DNA of 64,000 bases from Candidatus Bathyarchaeota archaeon (GTDB lineage Archaea; Thermoproteota; Bathyarchaeia; 40CM-2-53-6): contig CAVSBL010000002.1 in assembly GCA_963726255.1 (NCBI GenBank), forward strand, positions 2,299,726-2,363,725, read 5' to 3'. How positions within the stretch are numbered: position 1 is the first letter of the stretch; each line of letters opens with the position of its first letter. This document shows positions 61,799-64,000 of this stretch, piece after piece. Below the pieces are notes generated by a model. The model did no database searches. It was not told the DNA's origin and worked only from the letters and a program-made list of their open reading frames with translations. Made by a program: the position numbers and the translations under genes.

Positions 61799-63673
61799 CT
61801 AAGCGTCTTCGGGTGGATTTGATGAGCCATCGTCACCGATTATTGGGGGAATGGGAGTCTCTACTTGAGCATCGACACCTTTTTCTTCTCTGAATTGCAT
61901 TCTATAGAATGAGCTGTACAATCCGTTCGTTCTCATTAGGTCCTTGTGCGATCCTCGCTCCACTATTACGCCGTTATCGATGACGATGATTTCGTCGCAG
62001 AGCCTTACGGTGGAGAGTCTGTGAGCTATTATTATCGCCATTCGTTTTTCGAGTAGTTTGCGTCAGCGCCTTCTGAACGACAAGTTCCGTGTAGGGATCG
62101 ATGCTTGACGTTGCTTCGTCTAGGATTAGGAGACGCGGATTCATCAGGAGGCTTCTGGCGAAGCTGATGAGTTGCCTTGCCCAACGGAAATATTCGATGA
62201 TCCTTCCTCAATGATGTGGTCGTACCCTCCTGGTAGTTTCATTATGAATTCATGTGCGCCCACCGCTTTGGCGGATTCTACGATTTCTTCGTCTGATGCT
62301 TCTGGTTTACCGAATCTAATGTTGTCCTTCACGCTCATTGGGAATAGGAAGGAGTCTTGTAGAACTACGCTGATCTTTTCGCGTAGGGATTCTATTGAGA
62401 TTTTGTTCACGTCGTATCCGTTTACGGTTATCCTTCCGCTCGTTGGGTTGTAGAATCTTGTCAGTAGGTTGATGATGGTGCTCTTGCCAGCGCCTGTTGG
62501 GCCCACGATGGCGAGTCGCTTGTTCTTCTCAAGTTTGAAGCTGATGCCGTGGATTACTGGGTTCGCTGGATCGTACCCGAAGGTGACGTTGTCGAATGCT
62601 AACGTTTCAATTGTGGGAACCTTGATCTCTTCTTCAACCTGTGGATTCGTGACCTCAACTTTAGTTTCAGTCAGGTCGAACATTCTTTCCAAACCCGCCA
62701 TGGCTGACTGGTATTGGTCGTACACGGTTGTTAGGTCAATTAGTGGCGTGAAGTATGCGAATTGGTACTCGATGAAAGCCACAAGTGTGCCTATCGTAAG
62801 CTCACCGGTTCTAATCATTAGGGCGCCGTACCAGAGGATTAGGGCTGTGCCGATTATTCGCATGAGCATCACCGTAGGTGAATAGAGCGTTGACACCTTC
62901 ATGGCTCGAAGGTTGGCGTCAACAGCCTGATCTTGTTTGATTTCGAACTGGGAACGCGCTTTCTTTTCGTGGACGAATGATTTTATGACCTTGATACCTG
63001 CCAAGTCTTCCTGTATTCTGCCCGTGAGTCCTGCGAGGGCTGAGAGAGATCTTCTGTAAGCCTTCCTGGAGTATGATCCAAGGAACCACCCTACCACTAC
63101 TGCGAATGGTAAAATCGCTACAGCTATGGTTGCCAGTTTCACGTCAAGGAGGAATACCACAATTAACGAGCCGAGTATGGAGGTTGTGTCAACCAGTATC
63201 TGTGTGAGCCCTTGTCGTATGAATATTCGGACTGTGTTTGCGTCGTTGATTAGCCGTGACATTATTCTACCAATTTCGCCTTCGGAGAAGTATCGTAGCG
63301 AGATGACTTGCTGTTTTGTCATCATGTCGTCTCGCATTTTGGCTACGACGTTTTCGCCAACGATTCGCATTTGGTACACTTGCACGTATTGGAGCATGTA
63401 GTTAGCTAGTGTGATGACGACAAAGAGGGGAACCCACCAGATGAATCCTGAGAGATTCATGGCAAGAATGATTTGGTCTATGGCGATCTTGTGCAGATAT
63501 GGAGAAGCCAGTCCTGTCAATGAGCTGAGAACGATTGCTGCAACGCCGATTGCCAGGTTTCTTCTGTAACCTTTCGCGTACCTGTAGACTTTTCGAACTA
63601 TGAGCCGGTCGGATGATTTTCGCTTTCTAGATTCTTCATATTGAGTTGAGAAGACGCTGTAGTGACTTGCCAA
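61799..63673 (-). CDS. ABC exporter, fused permease/ATPase (frameshifts near 62180 and 62060)
   Basis: TM domain, [13 protein letters not shown], then ILDEATS and IAHRLST in other frames. Confidence 0.85.
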
Positions 63674-63674
63674 C

Positions 63675-64000
63675 TTATTTCACTCGGATCTCTTGGACGG
63701 GTTCAGGGGAGGTTTGTAGGAACTGAGTTTCGTAGATTCGCCTGTAAACTCCATTCTGAGCTAGCAACTGTTCATGTGTGCCGAGCTCAATGATTTCTCC
63801 ATTGTCAAGGACCATGATTCTGTCCGCGTTCTTGATGGTTGACAGTCTTTGGGCGATTATGAAGCATGTTCTTCCTTTCATGGCTTCGTCGATTGCGGTT
63901 TGGATCTCTTTCTCAGTGTTGGCGTCGACAAATGATAATGAATCGTCAAGGATCAGAATCCGGGGGTCGGTCAGTAGGGCTCTGGCTATGGTTAGCCTCT
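63675..64000 (-). CDS. ABC exporter ATPase C-terminus (5' part beyond window edge), probable heterodimer partner
   Basis: IARALLTDPRILILDDSLS...IAQRLSTI (degenerate consensus site). Confidence 0.85.
   Translation of the reverse strand, partial: RLTIARALLTDPRILILDDSLSFVDANTEKEIQTAIDEAMKGRTCFIIAQRLSTIKNADRIMVLDNGEIIELGTHEQLLAQNGVYRRIYETQFLQTSPEPVQEIRVK

Noticed and set aside
1-64000. CRISPR array, rRNA, intact transposase or integrase
   Set aside because: No regularly spaced repeats, rRNA-like stretches or recombinase motifs were seen.

Overview
This is a gene-dense archaeal window. AT-rich TATA-like promoters, oligo-T terminators, frequent TTG/GTG starts, KaiC-like/V4R proteins and an EgsA-like dehydrogenase point to a TACK/Bathyarchaeia-like host (inferred, not proven). 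It holds no rRNA, complete tRNA, CRISPR array or intact transposase. 0-17 kb carries mixed accessory genes. 17-50 kb is a large peptide/amino-acid-derivative catabolic region: two C45 Ntn-hydrolases, amidohydrolase, Opp/Dpp ABC system, Sdh/Frd-like flavoprotein with a minimal 2Fe-2S partner, LLM, AKR, M24, M28, EgsA-like, SDR and GcvPA/PB. 50-64 kb carries aminotransferase-pckA, drug-type ABC/MFS exporters and many frameshifts, probably assembly indels. Two candidates stand out. First, a ~230-nt highly base-paired minus-strand RNA-like element (1321-1549) abuts the stop codon of a PD-(D/E)XK-like gene. Second, a three-gene set occurs twice (APC permease ending FKx(I/L)PPE, GNDD-type metallophosphoesterase, pol-beta-like nucleotidyltransferase) and could be an uncharacterised nucleotidylation writer/eraser module coupled to a transporter. 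All functional calls come from motif recognition only; no searches were run.
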